64,000 nucleotides of DNA from an uncultured Gemmatimonadota bacterium (lineage in GTDB: Bacteria > SM23-81 > DAOVCL01): NCBI GenBank assembly GCA_964626665.1, contig CAZVGK010000012.1, forward strand, positions 1-64,000. The letters are read 5' to 3'. The translations under genes and the position numbers were made by a program. Within the stretch, counting starts at the first letter, position 1; every line of letters starts with the position of its first letter. The notes beneath the pieces were generated by a model. The model saw only the letters and a list, made by a program, of their open reading frames with translations, did not search any database and was not told where the DNA came from. This document shows, one piece after another, positions 8,769-17,247 of this stretch.

Positions 8769-8921
8769 TGCGACTTGAATCCTGTGGACTTGATAAATCA
8801 AGCCTCTACTGGCAAGAGGAGTGGTGAGCAGAATCGGGGTTCTGCCACCTCACTTTTAGAGGGTCGGTAAGACCTTATGGAGGAAGTTAGAGATTGAAGG
8901 GAGCTAAATTCTCAAGGGGGT

Positions 8922-10328
8922 ATGATGGAAAGAAGGAGGACAAAGATAGTTTGCACCATAGGCCCGGCCTGCCGGGGTAAATTAGGGGAGATGATCAAGG
9001 CGGGGATGGATGTGGCCAGGCTAAATTTTTCCCATGGCACCCATTCTCAACACCGAGAGGATATTAGAAGGATAAGGGAGCTCTCCAGGGAATTAGACAA
9101 GCCCATCTCGATAATGCAGGATCTGCCTGGCCCCAAGTTGAGGGTGGGAGAGATCCAGCCTATGGAACTGAAGAGGGGGGATGAGGTCATCCTCTCGGCT
9201 CAGGGGAAAGAGGGAACTATCCCCCTCCCCTATCAGGAGTTGGTGGGGGATATAAGGGTGGGGGAGTCCATATTTATGGATGACGGGAAGATAAAGCTCA
9301 AGGCTGTAAGGAAGGGTAAAGGGGAGGTGAGGTGTAAGGTCCTGGAGGGGGGTGTCCTCTCCTCCCACAAGGGGATAAACCTGCCGGAAACGGCACTTAC
9401 CCTGCCCTCAGCAACGGAGGAGGATTTGAATCATCTGCAGTTTGGCTTGGAGGAAGGGGTGGATTATGTGGCCCTTTCCTTTGTCCGCAGCCGCCAGGAT
9501 GTAGAGAAGGTCAGGGAGGAGATCAAGGGGAGGGGTTTTGACACCCCCATAATTGCCAAGATTGAGAAGAGCGAGGCCCTGCGGGCAATAGATGAGATTA
9601 TAGAGGCCGCAGATGGGGTTATGGTGGCCCGCGGTGACTTGGGGGTGGAGGTGCCCATTGAAGAGGTTGCCCTGGTGCAGAAGATGATCATCGAAAAATG
9701 CAATCGAGCCGGCAAACCGGTGATTACCGCTACTCAGATGTTGGAGTCGATGGTGGAGAATCAGCGACCGACGAGGGCAGAGGTGACCGATGTTTCCAAT
9801 GCCATATTTGATGGCACCGATGCGGTGATGCTCTCGGAGGAGACCGCGGCAGGGGAATATCCCATTGAGGCCCTGAAGATGATGGCCAAGATAGCTATTC
9901 GCACTGAGGTTTCCCTGAACTATGAGCAGATTCTTCTATCTAAGCTCAATTATAGGGATGAGACGGTGGCTGATTCCATCGCCCATGCTACCTGTCAGAT
10001 AGCAAAGGAGTTGGAGGCCAAAGGGATTGTGGTCTCTACCAATTCAGGGAGCACCGCTCTGCGGGTATCCAGGTTTCGCCCCCCTGCTCCCATACTGGCG
10101 ATTACCCTGAAGGAGGAAACTAGGAGGAGGCTGAACCTTGTCTGGGGTGTTTACCCCTATCGGGTAGAGGGGATTGGGGACACAGACGATATGATGGCCA
10201 AGGCCGAGAAGATGGGATTGGAGAACGGCTTTTTTCAAAAGGGGGATAGGGTAGTTATCACCGCCGGCGTCCCCTTTGGCCAGCCCGGGACAACCAACCT
10301 CCTGAAAGTGCAGACGATTGGAGGCTAA
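8922..10328 (+). CDS. pyk: Pyruvate kinase
   Basis: TKIVCTIGP, ARLNFSHG, DGVMVARGDLGVE, ATQMLESM, DAVMLSEET. Confidence 0.97.
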   Translation: MMERRRTKIVCTIGPACRGKLGEMIKAGMDVARLNFSHGTHSQHREDIRRIRELSRELDKPISIMQDLPGPKLRVGEIQPMELKRGDEVILSAQGKEGTIPLPYQELVGDIRVGESIFMDDGKIKLKAVRKGKGEVRCKVLEGGVLSSHKGINLPETALTLPSATEEDLNHLQFGLEEGVDYVALSFVRSRQDVEKVREEIKGRGFDTPIIAKIEKSEALRAIDEIIEAADGVMVARGDLGVEVPIEEVALVQKMIIEKCNRAGKPVITATQMLESMVENQRPTRAEVTDVSNAIFDGTDAVMLSEETAAGEYPIEALKMMAKIAIRTEVSLNYEQILLSKLNYRDETVADSIAHATCQIAKELEAKGIVVSTNSGSTALRVSRFRPPAPILAITLKEETRRRLNLVWGVYPYRVEGIGDTDDMMAKAEKMGLENGFFQKGDRVVITAGVPFGQPGTTNLLKVQTIGG

Positions 10329-10445
10329 GCTTTTATTGTTCATTGCCAAGGAGAGATAAGAGGTTCGATCGCAGTCAGAATGGCTCACATACTTACCGTA
10401 GGTTGACAGATGGGACGATTGCGAGAGGTCACGCGATTGTTTCGC
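10323..10445. other. Degenerate attC-like site
   Basis: GGCTAAG ... ggtcacgcgattGTTTCGC, 123 bp, next to the serine hydrolase stop; both core boxes imperfect. Confidence 0.25.
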
Positions 10446-10453
10446 TCTTAAGA

Positions 10454-12076
10454 TTATGGCGTAAAAAAACGATAGTAGTCACAACCTGATAGGTTGGTAC
10501 ACAATGCCTGATCATTAACGACTTGATCAAACAGCAAGCGTTCAGGCGAAAAATCCTCTTCTCCCACCCGAAACTCGCCATTTCCCAAAGGTGCTAAGGC
10601 CTCTTCCTCGCCCGAAGGCCAGACCAAAAGCAACTTTCCTTTACGCACGATCACCCGAAAATTGCTTTCCCAAGGGTTGTGCGAACGATAGTGGCCGAGA
10701 TAAGCATCCCATTCCTGCGGATACTCAAAACTCCGTGGACCGATGTACTGATCGTTGGTGTACCAGTCTGACCCATGAAATGCCTCGACCACTTTGGTAT
10801 TTCCGTTGCCATAGACTGCCCGCCCGAACCGCAGCAGGTAACGGCCCCAATCGGGGTGGTTCAGATAGAAACAGTCATCTCCTCGCCTCTCAAGGACAAT
10901 CCGCTCACTGCGGTGCTTAAGCAGCAACTGCTTTCCCTCGGTTGTTAGAGTAATGGTTTTGTCCCCAGCGCGGTAAGTACCAGCGGAATCAGCCGCATTT
11001 TCAACGCAGGTGAAATCAGGCAGCGGCGGGGTTGAGGGCAACGGCCGATTTAAGTAAACTGCTCGCAGTAACTCCAGGGCGACAAAGGGAATCCCCGGCG
11101 CGTCCGGTTGTGTCATCAAAACCACAACGCCCAGACCGTTGTCCAGATCCAACCACATATAGGCTGCATAACCTGGCATATCCCCACCATGCCCAATGTG
11201 GGCAAAGCCTTCATCCTCGAATACATAAACTCCATAGCCGTAATACCAATTGTTTTCTTCCACGATCATCGGCTGAGTCAGCAAGCCATAACTTGCTTCC
11301 GAGAGAACCGGTCCATTAGGCCCCCGTCCTCGGTTGAGCAACCCACGCATATACCTGGCCATATCTTCAGCCGTTGAGGCGATACAGCCATCGGCTGAGT
11401 CCGTTTCTATCCACGCTGCCGGAACAAGCGGCTGGCTGATATGTTTTGGCCAATCGTCGTAAAGGTGTCGGTATCCTTTGGCCAGGCGTGGACGTATTTT
11501 ATGTGTGATCGTTGGTTCTGTGGCTGTCATCCCAAGGGGATCAAGGATGTTTGCCTCGACGATATCTCCGTAGGATTGTCCCATTACCTCCTGCAGTACG
11601 AGTCCCAGGGTTTTGTAGCCGACCTCGGAATAGTGGAACCGTTCGCCAGGAGGGAAAGCGGCTTCAGTTTTGCGCAAGGCCCAAACTTCACTCCGGGGGT
11701 CAGGGGAAAAATCCATCCCTCCAATGATGCCGGCTGAGTGAGTAAGCAAGTGATGGATGGTGATAGGCTCGTATTGGGATTGCACACGAAACCACGGAAG
11801 GTAATCAGTGATCGGAGCGTGTAAGTCCAGAAGCCCAGCCTGGTATGCCTGCAACACTGCAATGCCGGTGAATGACTTGCCGATAGATCCGATCTCGAAC
11901 AGGGTGTCAGGTGTGACAGGGGTTAGGGTTTCGAGATCGGTGACCCCATAAGTTGATACGCGCACTAATTTCTCCCGATCGGTTAGAGCAACAGCCATCC
12001 CAGGGGTACGGAACGCGTGCATCCTCTGCTCGATGTATTGGTCGAGGCGGCTAAACGCTTCTTGAAGTTTAGACAT
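10454..12076 (-). CDS. Serine hydrolase, class C beta-lactamase/AmpC-like family, with C-terminal extension
   Basis: FEIGSIGK (SxxK), LLTHSAG, PGERFHYSE (YxN variant), HGGDMPG. Confidence 0.88.
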   Translation of the reverse strand: MSKLQEAFSRLDQYIEQRMHAFRTPGMAVALTDREKLVRVSTYGVTDLETLTPVTPDTLFEIGSIGKSFTGIAVLQAYQAGLLDLHAPITDYLPWFRVQSQYEPITIHHLLTHSAGIIGGMDFSPDPRSEVWALRKTEAAFPPGERFHYSEVGYKTLGLVLQEVMGQSYGDIVEANILDPLGMTATEPTITHKIRPRLAKGYRHLYDDWPKHISQPLVPAAWIETDSADGCIASTAEDMARYMRGLLNRGRGPNGPVLSEASYGLLTQPMIVEENNWYYGYGVYVFEDEGFAHIGHGGDMPGYAAYMWLDLDNGLGVVVLMTQPDAPGIPFVALELLRAVYLNRPLPSTPPLPDFTCVENAADSAGTYRAGDKTITLTTEGKQLLLKHRSERIVLERRGDDCFYLNHPDWGRYLLRFGRAVYGNGNTKVVEAFHGSDWYTNDQYIGPRSFEYPQEWDAYLGHYRSHNPWESNFRVIVRKGKLLLVWPSGEEEALAPLGNGEFRVGEEDFSPERLLFDQVVNDQALCTNLSGCDYYRFFTP

Positions 12077-12194
12077 TACGCAAACTCCTTGCTCTTATGC
12101 CTCTGATGTATCACTACGGAGGGAATTTCGCCACAGATTGCATCTTCCCATCAGTAATGCAACTATAAAATTCCAAACTACTCAAAGGCAAATG

Positions 12195-12325
12195 GCCTAA
12201 CGCCTATGGATCCTACCCGCTGCGCGGGGCCTACGATGGCAGCCTCAACAAAAGAGAACCCGCAATCGCCGTAACCACCTCAAGGATAAGCTAGACAGCG
12301 TTGTCGGTTGGGCAATGGGTTAGTC
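12195..12325. other. attC-like integron cassette recombination site
   Basis: GCCTAAC at 12195 and GTTAGTC at 12319-12325 (131 bp), with inner complementary arms cctacccgctg / cagcgttgtcgg. Confidence 0.5.
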
Positions 12326-12392
12326 GTAACCAATCCCACAATCATCCTTTCGGAAGTTGCCCTGTAGAGTGTTGGTGAAGGGATAACAAGAC

Positions 12393-13016
12393 TCATGTTC
12401 CGAAGTAGCGATCACCAAAATCGCCTAATCCAGGCACAATAAACTTCTGAGCATCCAATCTGTCATCGACTGCCGCGGTGATGATGGATACATCCGGACA
12501 GCTCTTCCTGATGTGCTCTATCCCTTCCGGGGCAGCTACAATGCAAACCAAGGTGATATTTTGGGCTCCTTTCCCCGTAAGGGCGATCACCGTCTCCTCA
12601 AGCGATCCTCCTGTTGCCAACATAGGATCAAGCACGATCACTTTGTCTTTACCAGAGATGGGGGGGAGTTTTCGATAGTATTCATGGGCCTGAGCGGTTT
12701 TCTCATCTCGTTCCATCCCTACGATGCCAACTGAAACGGTCTCCCAAAAATCCTGAACGGCAAAGAGCATAGCAAGCCCCGCCCGGAGCACTGGCACAAC
12801 AACGACCTTATCCTCAAGCTTTTTCCCATCTATGGGGCCTAATGGGGTCTCTATTGGCTGGCTAACCACTGCCAATTGTTTTGTTGCCTCAAGGAGAAGG
12901 ACCCTTGAAACGATACTGGTATGTCGCCGGAATTCGGCTATACCTGTCTCCTTGTTTCTTAGGATGGTCAACGAATGGTCAACCAAAGGATGGGTAACTT
13001 TGGTAAATTTCGCCAT
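12393..13016 (-). CDS. upp: Uracil phosphoribosyltransferase
   Basis: VPVLRAG, LDPMLATGGS, FIVPGLGDFGDRYFGT. Confidence 0.95.
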   Translation of the reverse strand: MAKFTKVTHPLVDHSLTILRNKETGIAEFRRHTSIVSRVLLLEATKQLAVVSQPIETPLGPIDGKKLEDKVVVVPVLRAGLAMLFAVQDFWETVSVGIVGMERDEKTAQAHEYYRKLPPISGKDKVIVLDPMLATGGSLEETVIALTGKGAQNITLVCIVAAPEGIEHIRKSCPDVSIITAAVDDRLDAQKFIVPGLGDFGDRYFGT

Positions 13017-13053
13017 AATTGTTTTCTCCTTAGATCAGATGGCAGCATCAGCA

Positions 13054-13175
13054 CCCTAACGAAGAGATCTGCTGCCGGTGGGAATACCTGAAGTTGCAGA
13101 TGATAAAGCGGGCGACCGCGCTTTATCCGTCCTTGACTATTATCGCCAGGGATTTCAGGGCAGCAAGCTACATAT
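13054..13175. other. Partially degenerate attC-like site upstream of upp
   Basis: CCCTAAC followed by the arm tgctgcc, pairing with ggcagca at about 13159-13165; right GTT box missing. Confidence 0.35.
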
Positions 13176-13195
13176 CATCCCAAAATATGCAGGAA

Positions 13196-13318
13196 CCACA
13201 GATGAACCCCGTTAAATATACTTTCGTATTTCACAGGGTGAACCCCGTCAAATAAAAGCGAGCTTGAGAATGCAACGATGTCTATTTCTAAATTATTTAA
13301 CGGGGTGAACGCAGATTA
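13196..13318. repeat. Two CCCGT(T/C)AAATA...TATTT(C/A)AC(A/G)GGG mini-elements nested in a ccacagatgaacgcagatt repeat
   Basis: TGAAC recurs at each junction; a related CCCGTTAGAT...ATCTAACGGG copy lies at 13861-13890. Confidence 0.6.
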
Positions 13319-14004
13319 TATAAGAATCTTCAAGAATATAGGCTTGCACCTTTTAGGTGGGAAAGGGGTTAAACTCAAATTTTCTCTTTATTTTGAATAT
13401 CTGGTGATAATCTTGTGAAATCTCGTGGTTTCTTGACGTATAATCTGGGATCATTTGCCATTCTCCTCAACGATGGCTCTACCAAGGCAGATCTTTACAC
13501 GGTCAACGAGGGAAGATGATGCACTTAGCAAGGGGGATTCCAGTTATCCGTAATATAGCCATTCTATCTCCTTCGTCAATCTGTTTTCCCTCGGGTATAG
13601 GTTGATGGTTCTACAGGCTGTATAACCTCAAACGGTTTGAATTTCTCCCTCCTGGTCGGGGAGAAGCCTCTCAGTTAGCGAAGCTTCGCCTTCCCGGCCC
13701 GGGACGGGCAAACCGTCGAGGTATAGCAACCCAAACTGGGCGAAGCTTCGAATTTTAAATTGAAAAATGCAAAGTGTGAAGGTAAAAATCATTATTGCTT
13801 CCACCCTGTTAAGCTTACAGCTTGGCTTTCATTTTGCTATTTTCAATTTACAATCCTTGCCCCGTTAGATATAAGATCATCTAACGGGGTGAACAATTTA
13901 CAGTTGCTGGCTGCAAACCATGACACAAATTTTAAGATCTTGCTTTATGAAGATGTCTAGTAGATGATAGCCTCGACAAGGAATGTAGACATGAACCTTA
14001 AGAA

Positions 14005-14973
14005 TCAAAAGATCTCCAGTTTGAAGTACCTCTTTGGATTCTTCTTTATATCCCTGATCAGCTCGTCCAGATCCCCTATCGTCCTCCTCAGATCCTGGTA
14101 GAGCTCCTCATCCTTTGCCAACTTCCCAGCAGTCCCCTGTCCCCTTTCTATCCTCTCAGAGATAGAGGAAAGCTTCCCCAACAAATCGGTGAAATTGCTA
14201 TATAGTGTCGTATCTCTAACCATCTTGCCTAAGGTTCCCTTCCCCTTCTGCAGGCTATCAGAAAGGGAACCTAGGGAGAGCAGAAGCCCCTTTAGATTTT
14301 TATAGGCTTCAGGATCGTTGAAAAGTTTGGCGATAGTTCCCTCTCCACCCTCTATCTTTCCTGCTAATCTTCTGGTCAAGGCCAAAATCTCATCCAGCCT
14401 AAAATAGATGGCCGGGTCGTTGACCATCTTTCCTATCGTTCCCTCTCCCCGGTTTATCTTCTTGGCTATCTCCCTTGTGGATTTAGACATCGCTTTCACA
14501 TCCTCTAAGATCTTAACCCCCTCCTCTATAATCTCCTCAATGTCAATGGGGGTGGAACCCTGAAGATAGTCACCCGGCTGAAGAATTAGCTGATCAAATG
14601 AACCCAAAGTGATGTTCACAAATTTGTCCCCCAAAAGGCCCAGAGTTCCTATATGGGCCACGGAGTCTTTTCTGATCCTTTGTCGAACTCTCTGGTCTAT
14701 CTTCAGGGTGATCTCCACTTTCCTTCCTTTCGTCCCTTTAGGGAAACCAATGCTGGCCACCTTCCCTACATCAAGACCAGCCAGCCTGACCGGGGCCCCC
14801 ACCTGTAGGCCGCTCACCCTATCCATCAAAACCCTGAGCTCATACCTCTTCTGGAAGATGCCCTGGTGCTTCCCAATCGATAATATCATCCCCGCCAGGA
14901 ATAGAATGCCAACAAAGATCAGAAAACCCACTTTTAACTCACGAGATGATAACCAACGAAAACTCTTTTTCAT
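14005..14973 (-). CDS. mlaD: MCE/MlaD family substrate-binding protein
   Basis: N-terminal TM, GLQVGAPVRLAGLDVGKV, GLLGDKFVNI, repeated GEGTxGKL helices. Confidence 0.88.
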   Translation of the reverse strand: MKKSFRWLSSRELKVGFLIFVGILFLAGMILSIGKHQGIFQKRYELRVLMDRVSGLQVGAPVRLAGLDVGKVASIGFPKGTKGRKVEITLKIDQRVRQRIRKDSVAHIGTLGLLGDKFVNITLGSFDQLILQPGDYLQGSTPIDIEEIIEEGVKILEDVKAMSKSTREIAKKINRGEGTIGKMVNDPAIYFRLDEILALTRRLAGKIEGGEGTIAKLFNDPEAYKNLKGLLLSLGSLSDSLQKGKGTLGKMVRDTTLYSNFTDLLGKLSSISERIERGQGTAGKLAKDEELYQDLRRTIGDLDELIRDIKKNPKRYFKLEIF

Positions 14974-15704
14974 TTTTTACCCACCTGATTGGAAATGAAT
15001 TCCCTCACAAAGGGGATCTCCACCTTCTTTATCTCCTCTACGGTCCCTGAGGTCAGGATCCTCCCCTCATGAATCATGGCTAATCTGTCGGCAACCATAT
15101 AGGCATTGTGGATCTCATGGGTAACCACTACGGAGGTGACCCCAAATTTGGTCTGCATTCTTCTGATCAATCTGTTTATCCTCTCTGCAGTGATGGGATC
15201 AAGGCCTGTGGTCGGCTCGTCGTAGAGGATATACTCAGGCTCTAAGGCTAAGGCCCGGGCCAAGGCCACCCTTTTCTTCATACCCCCGCTGAGATCGGAG
15301 GGCATCAGGTCCGCTGTCCCCTCCATCTCTACCAACGCCAACTTCTTGGCAACCTTCCGCTCAACCTCCACCCTCTCCATCTTAGTGTGTTCTCTCAAGG
15401 GGTAGGCAACATTCTCCCCCACGGTCAGGGAGTCGAAAAGGGCCCCTCCTTGAAAGAGCATGCCAAATTTCTTTCTCACCTCCGTCATCCCCTCCTCTGA
15501 GATCTGGGAGGTATCCCTTTCATCTATTATTATCTTGCCAGAATCCTGTCTCATCAAGCCTAAGATGAGCTTCAAAAGAACGCTCTTACCGCAGCCGCTT
15601 CTCCCCAAGACAACCAGGGTCTCACCCTGAAGAACAGAGAGGGTCAGCCCTCTAAGCACCTGCTTTTCGCCGAAGGATTTGCGGATGTCCACCAGTTCAA
15701 TCAA
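14970..15704 (-). CDS. mlaF: MlaF-type ABC transporter ATP-binding protein
   Basis: GRSGCGKS, LSGGMKKRVALARA, YDEPTTGLDP. Confidence 0.9.
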   Translation of the reverse strand: MIELVDIRKSFGEKQVLRGLTLSVLQGETLVVLGRSGCGKSVLLKLILGLMRQDSGKIIIDERDTSQISEEGMTEVRKKFGMLFQGGALFDSLTVGENVAYPLREHTKMERVEVERKVAKKLALVEMEGTADLMPSDLSGGMKKRVALARALALEPEYILYDEPTTGLDPITAERINRLIRRMQTKFGVTSVVVTHEIHNAYMVADRLAMIHEGRILTSGTVEEIKKVEIPFVREFISNQVGKK

Positions 15705-15880
15705 GTTAGTTTACTCCGTTCACTAACTTCCAATCCCCACCTTCTCGGGATATGGCATCCCGACAGGTCGGGACTGTTATCCCTTGGGGGAAGACATATC
15801 CTTTCCCCCAAACCCCCTGATGACTGGCTCGGAATTGGTAGAATTTCCGAGACGGTATAGCTATTCCAAGCTTCCCTGGC

Positions 15881-16654
15881 TCAAGTATATGTGAGAAAGG
15901 CCAAAAGGAGCTTCCCCAAGAAGAAGTCAACGATGAGGATGGAAATAGATGAGACCACCACAGATCTGGTGGTTGCATTACCCACTCCCTTTGTGCCTCC
16001 ACTGGTGGTCAACCCATAATAACAACCCACTAAGGAGATGATCATCCCGAATACAATAGGCTTTATCACACCGGTAAGGATATCGTCCATAGTCACCGCA
16101 TCAAGCACTGTCTGCTTGTAAATCCCTGTGCTGACCCCCATACTCCAGAGGGAAAGCAGCCAGCCTCCCAAAATGCCCACGATATCCCCAACCACGGTCA
16201 GTACGGGGAGCATAACCACGGTGGCTACAATCCTGGTGGTCACAAGCTTCTTGATGGGGTTTGTCCCCAGGGCCCGCAGGGCATCTATCTGCTCGGTGAC
16301 CTTCATCGAGCCTATCTCGGCCGTTATCCCCGCCCCCACCCTCCCAGCAACCATCAGCGCCACCAAAACAGGGCCCATCTCCCTGATCATAGAGGTGCTC
16401 ACCAAGTTACCCACATACATCTTCGCCCCAAATTTGGCCATCACTATCCCGGACTGCAGGGCCAAGACCATACCGGTGAAGAGGGTGGTCAGAAAGACTA
16501 TGGAGAGCGAATTGACCCCGATAGAATTCATCTGTTCGAGGATGTCCTTAAGGTAGAGGGGCCTTTTCACCCCATACCTGAGGGATTTCAGAAAAAGCTC
16601 GCCTAAGCCATAAAGGGTCTTAAGAAACCTAAAGAAAGCTCTTTCTTTTTCCAT
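15881..16654 (-). CDS. mlaE: MlaE-type ABC permease
   Basis: REMGPVLVALMVAGRVGAGITAEIGSMKVTEQIDAL. Confidence 0.92.
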   Translation of the reverse strand: MEKERAFFRFLKTLYGLGELFLKSLRYGVKRPLYLKDILEQMNSIGVNSLSIVFLTTLFTGMVLALQSGIVMAKFGAKMYVGNLVSTSMIREMGPVLVALMVAGRVGAGITAEIGSMKVTEQIDALRALGTNPIKKLVTTRIVATVVMLPVLTVVGDIVGILGGWLLSLWSMGVSTGIYKQTVLDAVTMDDILTGVIKPIVFGMIISLVGCYYGLTTSGGTKGVGNATTRSVVVSSISILIVDFFLGKLLLAFLTYT

Positions 16655-16776
16655 AAATAATCAGGTCCCTCTTTTTTACAGTGAATTGAAAGGATTTGAA
16701 AAGAATCTCCGTCCCATTGAGTCGGATGAATCCGCCCCCTACATTCTCAGTTCATGAGCTCTAAGTTCATCTCGGA

Positions 16777-17067
16777 TCAGACCAGCTCATCAATAGGAAG
16801 CACAAATGCCTTTATCCCCTCCTTCTCAAAAGATCTCTTTAAATTCCTCACCTCCTCTAACAGTCTGTCCTTTGTCTCCTCTGTGCAGCCAATCATCAAG
16901 AGGGAGTTCACCCCTGGCCAGATATGACTGTCCATATGAAAGCCGGAGTGTTGACCTACCCCGTGTGCTACAGGAATCTTAGTGTAATTCGTCACCCCAC
17001 ACCTCTTCAATGACTCATCAACCTCATCGCTAATGGCCTGATTGTAGGCGATCCACACAATTTTCAT
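16777..17067 (-). CDS. P-II-like transporter-associated protein (PG0541-like)
   Basis: 96 aa with YTKIPVAHGVG..HMDSHIWPG; last gene of the RND operon. Confidence 0.75.
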   Translation of the reverse strand: MKIVWIAYNQAISDEVDESLKRCGVTNYTKIPVAHGVGQHSGFHMDSHIWPGVNSLLMIGCTEETKDRLLEEVRNLKRSFEKEGIKAFVLPIDELV

Positions 17068-17247
17068 ATAAACCCCCTCTTTGAACTTAGCTCCCTTCGG
17101 TCGCTAACTTCCCATAGGGTCTCTCGACCCTCTGGCGCTTCGCAATCCTGCGCTCGCTCGGATCGCTGCGCTGTCACCCTTGAAGGGGACCTATCCCCTT
17201 CAAACATCCCCTGACATTTTGGAATTTCTTGGAAATTCCGAAATGTT

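Noticed and set aside
10454-12076. Bona fide antibiotic-resistance beta-lactamase
   Set aside because: The YSE and HGG motifs and the C-terminal extension fit general serine hydrolases/peptidases; resistance cannot be inferred
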